Source: an uncultured bacterium
GTDB lineage: Bacteria > Bacillota > Clostridia > TANB77 > CAG-508
Direction: 5' to 3'
DNA: 47,149 bases
Assembly: GCA_905214245.1 (NCBI GenBank)
Contig: CAJMLO010000001.1
Location: forward strand, 80,427 to 127,575
In this document: positions 18,642-27,334 of the stretch, in pieces
Layout: each line of letters starts with the position of its first letter
Position numbering within the stretch: the first letter of the stretch is position 1
Notes under the pieces: model-generated
Told to the model about the DNA's origin: nothing
Seen by the model: the letters and a program-made list of their open reading frames with translations, nothing else
Database searches by the model: none
Program-made: the position numbers and the translations under genes

Positions 18642-21017
18642 CTAAATGCTTATCTTTATTTCATTTTTCTTTCTTATCTTATTTAACAATTTACTTGATA
18701 CCGTATTTGATATTATAAAATTACATACAGCTATTCCAGAAAGCAATATCATTAAACCTACATATTCTTTTGTAAGTTCAACACAAAACCAATTTTTAAA
18801 TATTAAACAACAACCAGCAAAAATTGCTACAAGTGTTGGAAGCAAAATTCCTCTTAAAATATTAAATGGTCTTGATATTTTTATAATTAGCATAAAACCA
18901 GTAAGCACTGTAAGTATAACACATATTGTAGAATATATTTGTGATGGTAATTTTAAAAATATATTTAATATTAAAACAATAACTATATTTAGTATAACAG
19001 TTAATGCTGTAGGAATTGATTTGCTTATAACATTTCCTATAAATTTGCCCTTTACTCTTTCTTTGTTTGGCTCTAATGCTAGAATAAATGATGGAATTCC
19101 TATACATACAAGTGAGATTAAACTTAGTTGTATTGGCATAAATGGATATTCTGCTTTTACAAATACAAACAATATTGCAAGAATTGTTGAATATATTGTT
19201 TTTGATAAAAACAATGATGCAGACCTTTCCAGGTTGTTGATTGTACGTCTTCCTTCTGCTACTATTTTTGGCATTGATGCAAAGTTCGAATCAAGAAGTA
19301 CAAGTTGTGATACATTTCTTGCAGCATCTGAACCTGATGCAATTGCAATACTACAATCCGCTTCTTTTAACGCAATAATATCATTTACTCCATCACCTGT
19401 CATTGCAACAGTATGTCCTTGTTTCTTTAATGCTTGCACAATTTGTTTTTTTTGCTCTGGAGTAACCCTTCCAAATATTTTATATTTTTCTACTGCCTTT
19501 TCTAATTCTTCTTCACTTTTTATTGTTGTACAATCTATATAATTTTCGAAGCCTTCTACTCCAGCTTTTTTAGCAATCTTTGATACTGTGGCAGGATTAT
19601 CTCCTGATATTATCCTTATATCAACACCTTGTTTTTTAAAGTATTCTATCGTTTCTTTTGCATTTTCTCTTAATTTATCAGTTATAAGTACAAAACCTAA
19701 AACTTCAATATCTTGTGGAAGTTCTTTTTCTTCAAAATCATTATTTGAATGAACCAAAACTATCATTCTATAGTCTTTTGAATATTTTTCTATTATATTT
19801 TTGTAATCATTTATCTTTTCTTTTAATACAAATTCAGGTGCTCCTATCACATATGTTCCATGTTCTTTAAAGCTAATTCCTGACCACTTCTTGCTTGAAG
19901 AAAAAGCAATTTTTTGTTTAGCCTCCCATTTTTTTGCTTCATTGATATCAATAAATTTTTCTCTTATAGCTTCAATTGTTGCATTACTATCCTCTGAAGC
20001 CTTTCCAATTTGTTTAAGAATAATTTGCATTTCATCTTTTTTTGCATTTACTAAAACAATATCATTTACTTCCATTTTACCTTGTGTTATTGTTCCTGTT
20101 TTATCCAAACACAATGTATCAACACGTGCAAGAGTTTCTATACAAAATAATTCTTGAACAAGTACATTACTTTTTGAAAGCCTTATTACACTAACTGCAA
20201 GCACCGTACTTGTAAGAAGTATAAGCCCTTCTGGAATCATTCCAATTATTGCAGCAACAGTATGTATTACAGCATCTTTTAATATTCCTCCATCAAGGTT
20301 ATATTGGTTTAAAAATAATAAAGTTCCAACAGGTATAATTATAATTGACACTGTTTTGATTATCTTATTTAGTGAATTCATTATTTCTGAATTTACTTTT
20401 TTCACATATCTTGTTTGTTTTGAAATTTTTGAAGTAAAGTTATCTTCTCCGATATGTTCTACCTGAGCTCTACATTTACCACTTATTACAAAGCTTCCAG
20501 ATAAAATAATATCTCCTTCTTTTTTAGTAATTGCATTTGATTCACCTGTGATAAAAGATTCGTCTACCTCAATTTCTCCCTTTATTATTTTACAATCTGT
20601 TATAATTTGATTTCCTGTTTCAAATTCTAATATATCATCAAGTACGATTTCATTTATATCAATTTTTTCTTTTTTTCCATTTCTAATGCAGTTTACTTTT
20701 GTATTTGAAATTAAAGAAAGCTTGTCTATTACTCTTTTTGAATGTATCTCTTGAAATGTACTTATTGCAGTATTTATAACAACAAGACCTATAAATAGCA
20801 TATTTTTATATTCGCCAACTGCAAAAACTGCTAAAGCAAGTAGTAAATTCATAAGATTAAATATTGTAAAAAAATTGCTTATAATTATTGACTTTATGCT
20901 TTTAGTTGGAGAAGTTGTATCAAAATTAACAAGTCCTTCTTTTTTTCTTTTCTCAACTTGAATATTTGATAATCCTTCTTCAATATTTGGATTATATCTT
21001 TCTATATTTTCTTTCAT
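18642..21017 (-). CDS. Cation-translocating P-type ATPase (P2-like)
   Basis: DKTGTIT phosphorylation motif, PEGL in M4, TGDGVND hinge motif. 791 aa. Confidence 0.9.
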   Translation of the reverse strand: MKENIERYNPNIEEGLSNIQVEKRKKEGLVNFDTTSPTKSIKSIIISNFFTIFNLMNLLLALAVFAVGEYKNMLFIGLVVINTAISTFQEIHSKRVIDKLSLISNTKVNCIRNGKKEKIDINEIVLDDILEFETGNQIITDCKIIKGEIEVDESFITGESNAITKKEGDIILSGSFVISGKCRAQVEHIGEDNFTSKISKQTRYVKKVNSEIMNSLNKIIKTVSIIIIPVGTLLFLNQYNLDGGILKDAVIHTVAAIIGMIPEGLILLTSTVLAVSVIRLSKSNVLVQELFCIETLARVDTLCLDKTGTITQGKMEVNDIVLVNAKKDEMQIILKQIGKASEDSNATIEAIREKFIDINEAKKWEAKQKIAFSSSKKWSGISFKEHGTYVIGAPEFVLKEKINDYKNIIEKYSKDYRMIVLVHSNNDFEEKELPQDIEVLGFVLITDKLRENAKETIEYFKKQGVDIRIISGDNPATVSKIAKKAGVEGFENYIDCTTIKSEEELEKAVEKYKIFGRVTPEQKKQIVQALKKQGHTVAMTGDGVNDIIALKEADCSIAIASGSDAARNVSQLVLLDSNFASMPKIVAEGRRTINNLERSASLFLSKTIYSTILAILFVFVKAEYPFMPIQLSLISLVCIGIPSFILALEPNKERVKGKFIGNVISKSIPTALTVILNIVIVLILNIFLKLPSQIYSTICVILTVLTGFMLIIKISRPFNILRGILLPTLVAIFAGCCLIFKNWFCVELTKEYVGLMILLSGIAVCNFIISNTVSSKLLNKIRKKNEIKISI

Positions 21018-21046
21018 TTCATGCTTTCCCTTAGAATATTTTTCTA

Positions 21047-21640
21047 TTATTCTGACTCATTTAAAAATTTTTCTATTTCTTTCCATGCATCTTCTGTATA
21101 AATTCTTCTTTCAGCAGAAAATGGAATAAATGTAAAGTCATGCAATGGATTTAGACTATCCTGCAATTCTGCAACTGCATCATTTACTTTTGTTACAGCA
21201 ATTTTGTCTGCTTTATTTACAATTATTAAACATGGTTTTCCTGTACGAACAACATAATCATACATTAATCTATCATTTGCAGTAGGATCATGTCTTATAT
21301 CTATCAAAAATATTATAAGCGAAATCTTTTTACTTTTTGATAAATATTCCTCTATAAATGTACCAACCTTTGCTTGTTCTTGTTTTGACATTTTACTATA
21401 TCCATATCCAGGTAAATCTACAAAATAAAAATCATGATTTACATCATAAAAATTGATTTGTCTTGTTTTTCCCGGCTCACTACTTGTTCTTGCAAGTTTT
21501 TTTCTATTAAGCATTGTATTTATAAATGAAGATTTACCTACATTTGATTTACCTACCAAAACTATTTCTGGCATATCATCTTCAGGATATTGTTTTGGAC
21601 TTACTGCAGATATTTTAAATTCAGCATTTTTTATAATCAT
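21047..21640 (-). CDS. engB: Ribosome-biogenesis GTPase EngB/YsxC (YihA)
   Basis: GKSNVGKSSFIN (G1), DLPGYG (G3), NKADK (G4). Confidence 0.92.
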   Translation of the reverse strand: MIIKNAEFKISAVSPKQYPEDDMPEIVLVGKSNVGKSSFINTMLNRKKLARTSSEPGKTRQINFYDVNHDFYFVDLPGYGYSKMSKQEQAKVGTFIEEYLSKSKKISLIIFLIDIRHDPTANDRLMYDYVVRTGKPCLIIVNKADKIAVTKVNDAVAELQDSLNPLHDFTFIPFSAERRIYTEDAWKEIEKFLNESE

Positions 21641-21684
21641 ATTTATATTTTCCTTTCATTATATATCTTATCTTTATTACAAAT

Positions 21685-21716
21685 ACACACTCTAACTAAA
21701 ACAAATCAGAGTGTGC
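21685..21716 (-). terminator. Hairpin after serS
   Basis: CACACTCT/AGAGTGTG stem with only a weak U-tract. Confidence 0.45.
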
Positions 21717-21732
21717 ATTACTAGTTTAATAT

Positions 21733-23019
21733 TTATTTTTTTGGAACTATTTTTTCTGTTCCGCCCATATATGGACGAAGAACTTCTGGAACTGTTATGC
21801 TTCCATCTTCGTTATAATTATTTTCTATTACTGCTATTAGTCCTCTTGGTGTTGCAACAACAGTATTATTTAATGTGTGAGGATAATAATTTCCTTTTTC
21901 ACCTTTTACACGAATTCCAAGTCTTCTAGCTTGTGCATCTCCAAGTGTAGAACAACTACATACCTCAAAATATTTCTTTTGTCTTGGGCTCCATGCCTCT
22001 ATATCACAAGATTTAACTTTTAAATCTGCTAAATCTCCTGAACAACAATCAAGTTGTCTTACTGGAACATTGAAACTTCTAAACAAATCTACACTTAATT
22101 TCCACATTTTGTTATACCATGTCATAGAATCTTCTGGCTCACATAAAACAATCATTTCTTGTTTTTCGAATTGATGAACACGATATAGTCCTCTCTCTTC
22201 TAGTCCGTGTGAACCTATCTCTTTTCTAAAGCATGGAGAATATGATGTCATTGTAATTGGAAGCTCATTTTTCTTTAATATTTGATCTTTAAATCTTCCA
22301 ATCATAGAGTGCTCTGATGTACCAATTAAATATAAATCTTCTCCTTCAATTTTATACATCATGGCATCCATTTCTTCAAAGCTCATAACACCTGTTACAA
22401 CATCACTTCTAATCATAAATGGTGGGATAGCATATGTAAATCCATTATTTATCATATAATCTCTTGCATATGCAAGCATTGCTTCATGTAATCTTGCAAT
22501 ATCTCCAATTAGATAATAGAAACCTACACCACTTGTACGTCCTGCTGATTCTTTATCCATTCCATTTACTCTATCTATAATATCTGCATGATATGGAATT
22601 TCATATTCTGGAACTACTGGTTCTCCAAATCTTTGAACCTCCACATTTTCAGAATCATCTTTTCCAATTGGTACAGATTTATCCATAATATTTGGAATTT
22701 TCATCATTCTTTCTTTTATGTCTGCAGAATATTTTTCTTCTTGTTCTTCATTTTCTACAAGTTTTTCATTTATTTTTTTAACTTGCTCTTTTATATTTTC
22801 TGCTTCTTCTTTTTTTCCTTCTCTCATCAATTGTCCAACTTGCTCGCTTAGTGTTTTTCTTTGAGAACGAAGTTCATCTCCGTTTTGTTTTACCTCTCTA
22901 TATTTTTTATCAAGTTCAATAACTTCATCAACTAAATGTAACTTTTGGTCTTGAAATTTATTTTTGATGTTTTGTTTTACAACATCTGGATTTTCTCTTA
23001 AAAATTTAATGTCTATCAT
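21733..23019 (-). CDS. serS: Serine--tRNA ligase
   Basis: N-terminal coiled-coil arm and class II core (FRKE..., TLNNTVVATPR). Start moved to MIDIKFLRENPD (23019), with a GGAGGG SD. Confidence 0.93.
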   Translation of the reverse strand: MIDIKFLRENPDVVKQNIKNKFQDQKLHLVDEVIELDKKYREVKQNGDELRSQRKTLSEQVGQLMREGKKEEAENIKEQVKKINEKLVENEEQEEKYSADIKERMMKIPNIMDKSVPIGKDDSENVEVQRFGEPVVPEYEIPYHADIIDRVNGMDKESAGRTSGVGFYYLIGDIARLHEAMLAYARDYMINNGFTYAIPPFMIRSDVVTGVMSFEEMDAMMYKIEGEDLYLIGTSEHSMIGRFKDQILKKNELPITMTSYSPCFRKEIGSHGLEERGLYRVHQFEKQEMIVLCEPEDSMTWYNKMWKLSVDLFRSFNVPVRQLDCCSGDLADLKVKSCDIEAWSPRQKKYFEVCSCSTLGDAQARRLGIRVKGEKGNYYPHTLNNTVVATPRGLIAVIENNYNEDGSITVPEVLRPYMGGTEKIVPKK

Positions 23020-23192
23020 ATTTTTCCCTCCATAGCTTGTACCTAAAATATGGTACAATTATATCATTAATGGATTTTAAAATCAATACCGATACTTGAG
23101 TAAAAATTGCTAATATCATAATCAATATAATATTTTAATGAAACGCATATTTATATTTTCATTTGGCAATACTCTTTATGAGGTGAACCACT

Positions 23193-24011
23193 TTGTTTTT
23201 TGAATTTATAAAATTTATAGTTTATTCTATTTTAATTGTTTTAATTGCCAAATATGCTCTTGTAAAAATTTTAAGAAATATTAGCTCACAGCTTAATTTA
23301 AAACCTAAAACAATCGGATATATTGCAGGAATTGCAACATCTATCCCTGAACTTCTTACTGTATCTTTTTCTGCATTTACAGGACTAATTGAAACGAGTA
23401 CGTATAACATTATAAGTTCTAATATCATAAATGCTCTGCAATATAGTGCATCTGTATTTTTAAATAAAAATCAAAATGTTGTAAAAAATACAGCTATTAA
23501 AGTTGACTTATTCCTTGTACTTATAACAATATTAATTCCTATTTTTATTACAATTTTTGATATAGAACATAATTTTATTTTAGTTCCAATATTTATATTT
23601 CTATTTGTTTTGTTTTATAGGTTAAGTCATAATGCTCATAAACTATACATGAAAAAAAACGATACTAAAGTTGAAGAAAAAGAAAATTCTTCCGATAAAA
23701 GTACCTTTAAAGTCATACTTAATTTTTTACTATTAGTCATTACAAGTATTGTACTTTATTTTATTGGTGAACAATTAAGCAATGTCCTTGAATTGCTATG
23801 TAATACATTTAATATATCTCAAGTAGTTATAGGAATACTCTTAGGTGTTATTACAAGCCTTCCAGAATTAATCACATTTTTTGAATCTCAAAAACATCAT
23901 GAAGATGAAAAAGAAGGTGTTGTTGAAGCAACAAGTAATTTGCTTACTTCAAATATGATTAATTTATTTATAGTTGAATCCATAGGAATAACTCTTTATT
24001 TAATATCATAA
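23193..24011 (+). CDS. CaCA-family (sodium/calcium exchanger-type) membrane protein
   Basis: Two alpha-repeat motifs, GIATSIPELLT and GVITSLPELIT. TTG start 6 nt after GAGGTG. Confidence 0.8.
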   Translation: MFFEFIKFIVYSILIVLIAKYALVKILRNISSQLNLKPKTIGYIAGIATSIPELLTVSFSAFTGLIETSTYNIISSNIINALQYSASVFLNKNQNVVKNTAIKVDLFLVLITILIPIFITIFDIEHNFILVPIFIFLFVLFYRLSHNAHKLYMKKNDTKVEEKENSSDKSTFKVILNFLLLVITSIVLYFIGEQLSNVLELLCNTFNISQVVIGILLGVITSLPELITFFESQKHHEDEKEGVVEATSNLLTSNMINLFIVESIGITLYLIS

Positions 24012-24071
24012 TTTTAGAATATTTTTCTATTTTTGGAATATACTATTGTAAAAAATTAGTAAGGAGACACT

Positions 24072-24341
24072 ATGGCAGAAGATTATATAAAAGAACAAAT
24101 AATAAAAGATAAAACTGATGATGAGAAAGATTTAGAACTTGTTGTTAGTATTTTAAAGACAAAGCAAGAACTTGACTTAGCACACAAAAATTTTGAATTT
24201 GCAGAAGAAGGTCTGATTGACTATTTTTCATATCAAATAAAAGCTAATCAAACAAAACTTGATTATTTAATAAAAAAAGCACAAAGCAAAAATTTAACAC
24301 TTGACATGGCTTCTGAAATATATTTAAGCAAAGCAACTTAA
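24072..24341 (+). CDS. yaaL: YaaL family protein (DUF2508)
   Basis: 89-aa helical protein (LDLAHKNFEFAEEGLIDYFSYQIKANQTKLDYLIKKA). It lies immediately upstream of bofA, as in Bacillus yaaL-bofA. Confidence 0.7.
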   Translation: MAEDYIKEQIIKDKTDDEKDLELVVSILKTKQELDLAHKNFEFAEEGLIDYFSYQIKANQTKLDYLIKKAQSKNLTLDMASEIYLSKAT

Positions 24342-24483
24342 AGTCGCCCTTTGTTCAAATGCAATAGCGATTATATTAATTTTTATATACTATGAAATCA
24401 AAAAATTTCTAGCATATAAAAAACAACAAGACACAGTAATATTTGTCCAAGTAATATCATAAACTTTACCAGAGGTGATATAC

Positions 24484-24750
24484 TTGGACATTAATAATAT
24501 ACTTGCTTTTTTATCTTGTATTATTTTTCTATTTATTTTTGGAAAAATTTTTATTGTTCCATTAAAAAATATTTTTAAATTAATTTTAAATTCTATTTTT
24601 GGTGGAATTTTAATATTTATTATAAATATGATTGGAAGTAATTTTGCATTTCACATAGGACTTAATTTATTTACCTCAATATTAGTCGGATTTCTTGGTA
24701 TTCCAGGTGCTGGACTACTTGTAATTTTACAAATTATCCTTGGACATTAA
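24484..24750 (+). CDS. bofA: Pro-sigma-K processing inhibitor BofA
   Basis: Two-TM small protein with GGILIFIINMIG...GFLGIPGAGLLVIL. TTG at 24484 (6 nt after AGAGGTG) is preferred over the track's GTG at 24475. Confidence 0.8.
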   Translation: MDINNILAFLSCIIFLFIFGKIFIVPLKNIFKLILNSIFGGILIFIINMIGSNFAFHIGLNLFTSILVGFLGIPGAGLLVILQIILGH

Positions 24751-24830
24751 ATCTTTTACAACCAAAATTTTCAAAAACTTCGCCATAGTTTTAAAAAAGC
24801 TCCATCCCCTTTGACAACCATCAGTGTATT

Positions 24831-24880
24831 TTCGACAAAATTCGATTTATGTTGACTTTACATAGTATCTATTATATAAT
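24831..24880 (+). promoter_or_regulatory. Consensus sigma-A promoter preceded by two Spo0A-box-like heptamers
   Basis: TTCGACA (24831-24837, exact reverse complement of the 0A box TGTCGAA). TTCGATT (24841-24847). TTGACT (24852-24857), 17 nt, TATAAT (24875-24880). Confidence 0.6.
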
Positions 24881-24886
24881 AGATAC

Positions 24887-25266
24887 ATACACATTTCGTG
24901 TAAATAATTTAATAAGGAGGACAACATAATGTCCCACGGCACAAGTACACTTAAGAAACCTACGTACCTTTTTTCTTTTGATGAGGAAGCTCCGGCAAAG
25001 AAATTCTTCGAATTTGCACAAGGTTCAAAGGCCTCGCTTGTACAGCATCCCTTTGAAGAGGGATTTAATTGCAAGCAGAATTTGAAGCAGGTGTTGGTAA
25101 CTGGCGTAGGAAGTACAGTTTTTGACATTGCTCTTCTTGAGCTTCTCACAAACGAAGCAACTAGCTTAGGTGGACATTACGTACCTAAAAGATAATTTTG
25201 GGTAAACTAAAAAGTCTTTCAAAAAAAGAAGGAAATGCTTTCTAAAAGCATTTTCCTTCTTTTTTA
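24887..25266 (+). ncRNA. Unassigned GC-rich transcription unit: candidate structured RNA, or alternatively a foreign 88-aa ORF (24929-25195)
   Basis: Bounded by the consensus promoter and a strong terminator. About 42% GC by hand count, against an AT-rich background. Open on both strands. Long-range complementarities 24927-24937/25170-25179 and 24986-24992/25139-25145, and a hairpin at 25047-25064. No match to RNA families I can recall. Confidence 0.4.
25221..25266. terminator. Bidirectional intrinsic terminator (unit above and the convergent DUF951/gltX transcript)
   Basis: About 15-bp stem AGAAGGAAATGCTTT/AAAGCATTTTCCTTCT with one bulge. A-run upstream and T-run downstream. Confidence 0.8.
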
Positions 25267-25333
25267 TCCTTTTATATCACTACTATATCAGACTTGAACA
25301 TTGCATATTTGCAAGGCAAAACGCACCCACTCT

Positions 25334-25516
25334 TTACTCTTTTTCTATTTTCTTTACAATCATTTTCAAAGCCTTTGGCCTTTCAATCATAACTATGTGT
25401 CCACACCCTAAGCATTTTAGTTTAAAGTCTACTCCAACTCTTGTTATCTCCCAAAGCTTGCTTCCACATGGATGTTGTTTTTTTGTTTGTACTATATCTC
25501 CTATTTGGTATTCCAT
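25334..25516 (-). CDS. DUF951 family small protein
   Basis: 60 aa. IGDIVQTKKQHPCGSKLWEITRVGVDFKLKCLGCGHIVMIER matches the DUF951 pattern (CG...C.GC). Confidence 0.75.
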   Translation of the reverse strand: MEYQIGDIVQTKKQHPCGSKLWEITRVGVDFKLKCLGCGHIVMIERPKALKMIVKKIEKE

Positions 25517-25539
25517 TTTGTCCTACCTCCTATAAAATA

Positions 25540-27201
25540 CTATTCTTCCATTTTCTTAATTGCATTTTCAATTCTTTGCTTTGTTCTTTCTTCTCCAAGT
25601 GTCTGCATTATTTCGTACATATCAGGTGTGTTTGTTCTTCCTGTTAATGCCACTCTTATAACTGTACTGATATCTCCAACATGTCCTGGCCATTTCTCAG
25701 GCTCTTGTTTATACATTTTTACTTCTTTTGCATAACCAACTTCTTCTGCAAGCTCTTTTATCTTGTCAAACCAAGTTTGTTTATCATGGTTTATATCAAA
25801 ATATTTTTCAAGATATAATTTTAAAATTTTTGCAATTTCATTTTTATCTATGATTTTTGTGTCTACATATTCTAAATCTAATTTCTTAAATTTATCATCA
25901 TACATATAAATAATTGCATTTTTTACTTCTTTCCATTTGCTTATATCTTTTCTTGGTTTTGCATTTCCTCTTTCTATTGAAAATACCTTTAATGAATATT
26001 CTTTAGCTTTAAGCATTTCTTCAAGTTCACTGTCATATTCTTTAGCCCAAGTATATGCTTTTTCATATACTTCTTCTGCTGTCATCTTTGATATAACTGT
26101 TTTACCTATATCAAGTAATTTTACCATATCAAATAATGCTCCACTTACACTCATCTTGTTTAATTGAAAATCAAAGTCTTCTATTTTTTTATCTGGATTT
26201 GCTTTTTTCCAATTTTCAAATGAAGAATTTGCAATGTTAAGTAGATATTCTTTTACAGCTTCTGCGGGTACACCTTCTTCTTTGTAATAAGAAACTGCAG
26301 CTTCTGGATCTTTTCTTTTACTCAATTTACGTTTATTTCCATTGTCATTTTTCATAATTGGAGAAATATGTGCATATTTTGGTGCTTTAAATCCAAGTTC
26401 TTGAAATAGTTGCAAATGAAGTGGTACAGATGAAAGCCATTCATCACTTCTTATTACATGTGTTGTTCTCATTAAATGATCATCAACAGCATGCGCAAAG
26501 TGGTATGTTGGAAGTCCATCTGCCTTTATTATAACTATATCTTGATCATTCTCTGGGAAATCAACATTTCCTTTTATAATATCTTTATGTTTTATTTTTC
26601 TGTCTTCTCTTCCAGGTGATCTAAATCTAATTATATATTTTTCACCATTTTTTATTTTTTCTATCGCTTCATCTACTGGTAGGTTTCTGTATTTAGCCCA
26701 TACACCATAATATCCTGGTCTAATCTTTGCTGCTTCTTGTTTTGCTCTCATTTCTTCAAGCTCTTCTGGTGTTGCAAAACATGGATATGCTTTTCCTTGT
26801 TCTATCATATATTTTGCATAAGCTTCATATATGTCTTTTCTTAAACTTTGTTTATATGGTCCATAATTACCAATTTCTTCTGTATCGCTTATCATTCCTT
26901 CATCTGGAGCCATATCAAAATCTTGAAGTGAATTTACAATTCCTGTTACTCCATTTTCTACTTCTCTTTTTTGATCTGTATCTTCTACTCTTAAGAAAAA
27001 TACACCATGTGTTTTATTTGCAGATAATTTTGCAACTAATGCTTGATATAATCCTCCAATATGTACAAATCCTGTAGGACTTGGTGCAAATCTTGTAACT
27101 ATTGCTCCCTCTGGTAAATTTCTTTCTGGATATTTTTCTTCATAATAGCTGATGTCCTTTGCATTTGGGAATATTAAATCTGCTAAATCTTTATAATTCA
27201 T
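25540..27201 (-). CDS. gltX: Glutamate--tRNA ligase (long, 553 aa)
   Basis: RFAPSPTGFVHIGG (HIGH region) and KLSKRK (KMSKS). Bacterial GluRS-type catalytic core. Confidence 0.88.
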   Translation of the reverse strand: MNYKDLADLIFPNAKDISYYEEKYPERNLPEGAIVTRFAPSPTGFVHIGGLYQALVAKLSANKTHGVFFLRVEDTDQKREVENGVTGIVNSLQDFDMAPDEGMISDTEEIGNYGPYKQSLRKDIYEAYAKYMIEQGKAYPCFATPEELEEMRAKQEAAKIRPGYYGVWAKYRNLPVDEAIEKIKNGEKYIIRFRSPGREDRKIKHKDIIKGNVDFPENDQDIVIIKADGLPTYHFAHAVDDHLMRTTHVIRSDEWLSSVPLHLQLFQELGFKAPKYAHISPIMKNDNGNKRKLSKRKDPEAAVSYYKEEGVPAEAVKEYLLNIANSSFENWKKANPDKKIEDFDFQLNKMSVSGALFDMVKLLDIGKTVISKMTAEEVYEKAYTWAKEYDSELEEMLKAKEYSLKVFSIERGNAKPRKDISKWKEVKNAIIYMYDDKFKKLDLEYVDTKIIDKNEIAKILKLYLEKYFDINHDKQTWFDKIKELAEEVGYAKEVKMYKQEPEKWPGHVGDISTVIRVALTGRTNTPDMYEIMQTLGEERTKQRIENAIKKMEE

Positions 27202-27292
27202 TATATATCTCTCCCTTATTTAATTTATTTATGTATTATATCAAAATACTAAGCTCTTTACAATAGTATAAGTAACAAAAGGGTAACAAGCA

Positions 27293-27326
27293 ATTAATAC
27301 CAAGCATCAAAGCGCTTGGTATTAAT
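27293..27326 (-). terminator. Hairpin after RNase J
   Basis: ATTAATACCAAGC/GCTTGGTATTAAT 13-bp stem with a modest U-tract. Confidence 0.6.
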
Positions 27327-27334
27327 ACATTTGC

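Noticed and set aside
18646-19542. 298-aa + strand ORF, and similar long antisense ORFs at 8267-8710, 9656-10165, 28815-29384, 30862-31368 and 39217-39708.
   Set aside because: All lie entirely antisense to well-supported genes. They have low-complexity Phe/Ile/Leu/Ser-rich translations typical of shadow ORFs in AT-rich DNA, and they have no SD.
24978-25006. Hammerhead-like UGAUGAG...GAAA string inside the GC-rich unit.
   Set aside because: Stem II would be only 3 bp, and GAAA does not follow the stem directly. No matching cleavage-site helix was found.
24979-25175. Possible RNase P RNA: GAGGAAGCUCCGG (24983-24995) resembles the universal GAGGAAAGUCCGG, and ACAAACGAAGCAACUAGCUUA (25148-25168) resembles ACAGAAC..GGCUUA.
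   Set aside because: The universally conserved AAAGUCC core is altered at two positions. The element is short, and I cannot find the other conserved regions (GGUAA..., P15/P18 features). At most this is a superficial resemblance and needs cmscan.
24887-25266. tmRNA, SRP (scRNA), 6S RNA or a T-box leader as the identity of the GC-rich unit.
   Set aside because: There is no GGGG...CCACCA ends or tag ORF (tmRNA). There is no GGUCCGGAAGGAAGCAGC helix-8 motif (SRP). It does not fold as one long interrupted hairpin (6S). There is no GGUGGNACC T-box sequence and no downstream + strand gene.
25540-27201. The 553-aa GluRS as an unusual or GlnRS-like enzyme.
   Set aside because: The HIGH region is RFAPSPTGFVHIGG, the bacterial GluRS type, not the GlnRS or archaeal type. 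The extra length alone is not something I can evaluate without an alignment.
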